Program-made: the position numbers and the translations under genes
The notes under the pieces: generated by a model
What the model was told of the DNA's origin: nothing
Databases searched by the model: none
What the model saw: the letters and a program-made list of their open reading frames with translations, nothing else
Part shown: one piece after another, positions 21,292-21,782 of the stretch
Layout: each line of letters starts with the position of its first letter
Position numbering within the stretch: the stretch's first letter is position 1
Source of the DNA: Tubiluchus corallicola
Taxonomy: Eukaryota > Animalia > Priapulida
Direction: 5' to 3'
DNA: 21,782 nt
NCBI GenBank assembly: GCA_030141605.1
Contig: JAQGDQ010001899.1
Coordinates: 1-21,782, forward strand

Positions 21292-21782
21292 ATAAGTTGC
21301 ATCAGTTTGAACACTCAGCTCCTTGAGCTTTTATAACTGTTTCTTATAATAGTTTTTAAATCTTAACGTTCTTTATCTAGAACAACCAATAAAAACTCAC
21401 TGATTACATAACCAAACTCGTTCTCTACCCGGTATAGCAAGTTCTCCAGCTTTGCTTGCCAAATTCATTGCAATTGTGCAATTATTGCAACCTTTAACTG
21501 TGAACTATAAACTTAAACTCACCAAATACCTCATCTTAGTTACTCGCCCACTTCGTATTATGAGTCGCATAAGGTTAGTCAGCAAGCTCTTGCAGTTTTA
21601 TGACTTCCCTTCTGTAGTAGTTAATGAACTTCCACTTCCGTTGACCTCAATCCACCCACGCAAGGTCACCGACCACTTCTCCAATGTCACTTCCTCACTT
21701 GGGACAGTAAGAGGAGTACCTTTGCTTGTCCAGCCGCTCACAGTACTTACTTGTTGTAAACCTTGGCCTTAAACTGCCCCCC
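21292..21782. repeat. Right outer arm of the long inverted duplication (probably continues past the window)
   Basis: Reverse complement of 18846-19343; it ends in the C run that mirrors the G run at 18840-18850. Confidence 0.93.

Overview
AT-rich, repeat-dominated eukaryotic DNA, most likely from an invertebrate animal (inferred from the microsatellites, GT-AG splice signals and near absence of long ORFs). I found no rRNA, tRNA, CRISPR array or intact transposase. About a dozen unrelated minisatellite arrays (units of roughly 28-73 bp) account for most long ORFs in the supplied track. The main signals are: (1) a candidate short-intron + strand gene at about 11.9-14.3 kb, with an exon encoding a CCHHC/C2HC-like zinc finger broken by a 1-nt frameshift in a G run, followed by three duplicated exon-like copies beginning RAYPT; (2) a degenerate inverted duplication of about 3 kb (18846 to the window end) in which one arm has expanded a 49-bp minisatellite from a segment that is single-copy in the other arm; (3) a nested foldback at 2050-2833; (4) a TTAA-flanked piggyBac-like MITE at 1318-1763. 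All calls come from manual reading; no gene names can be assigned.
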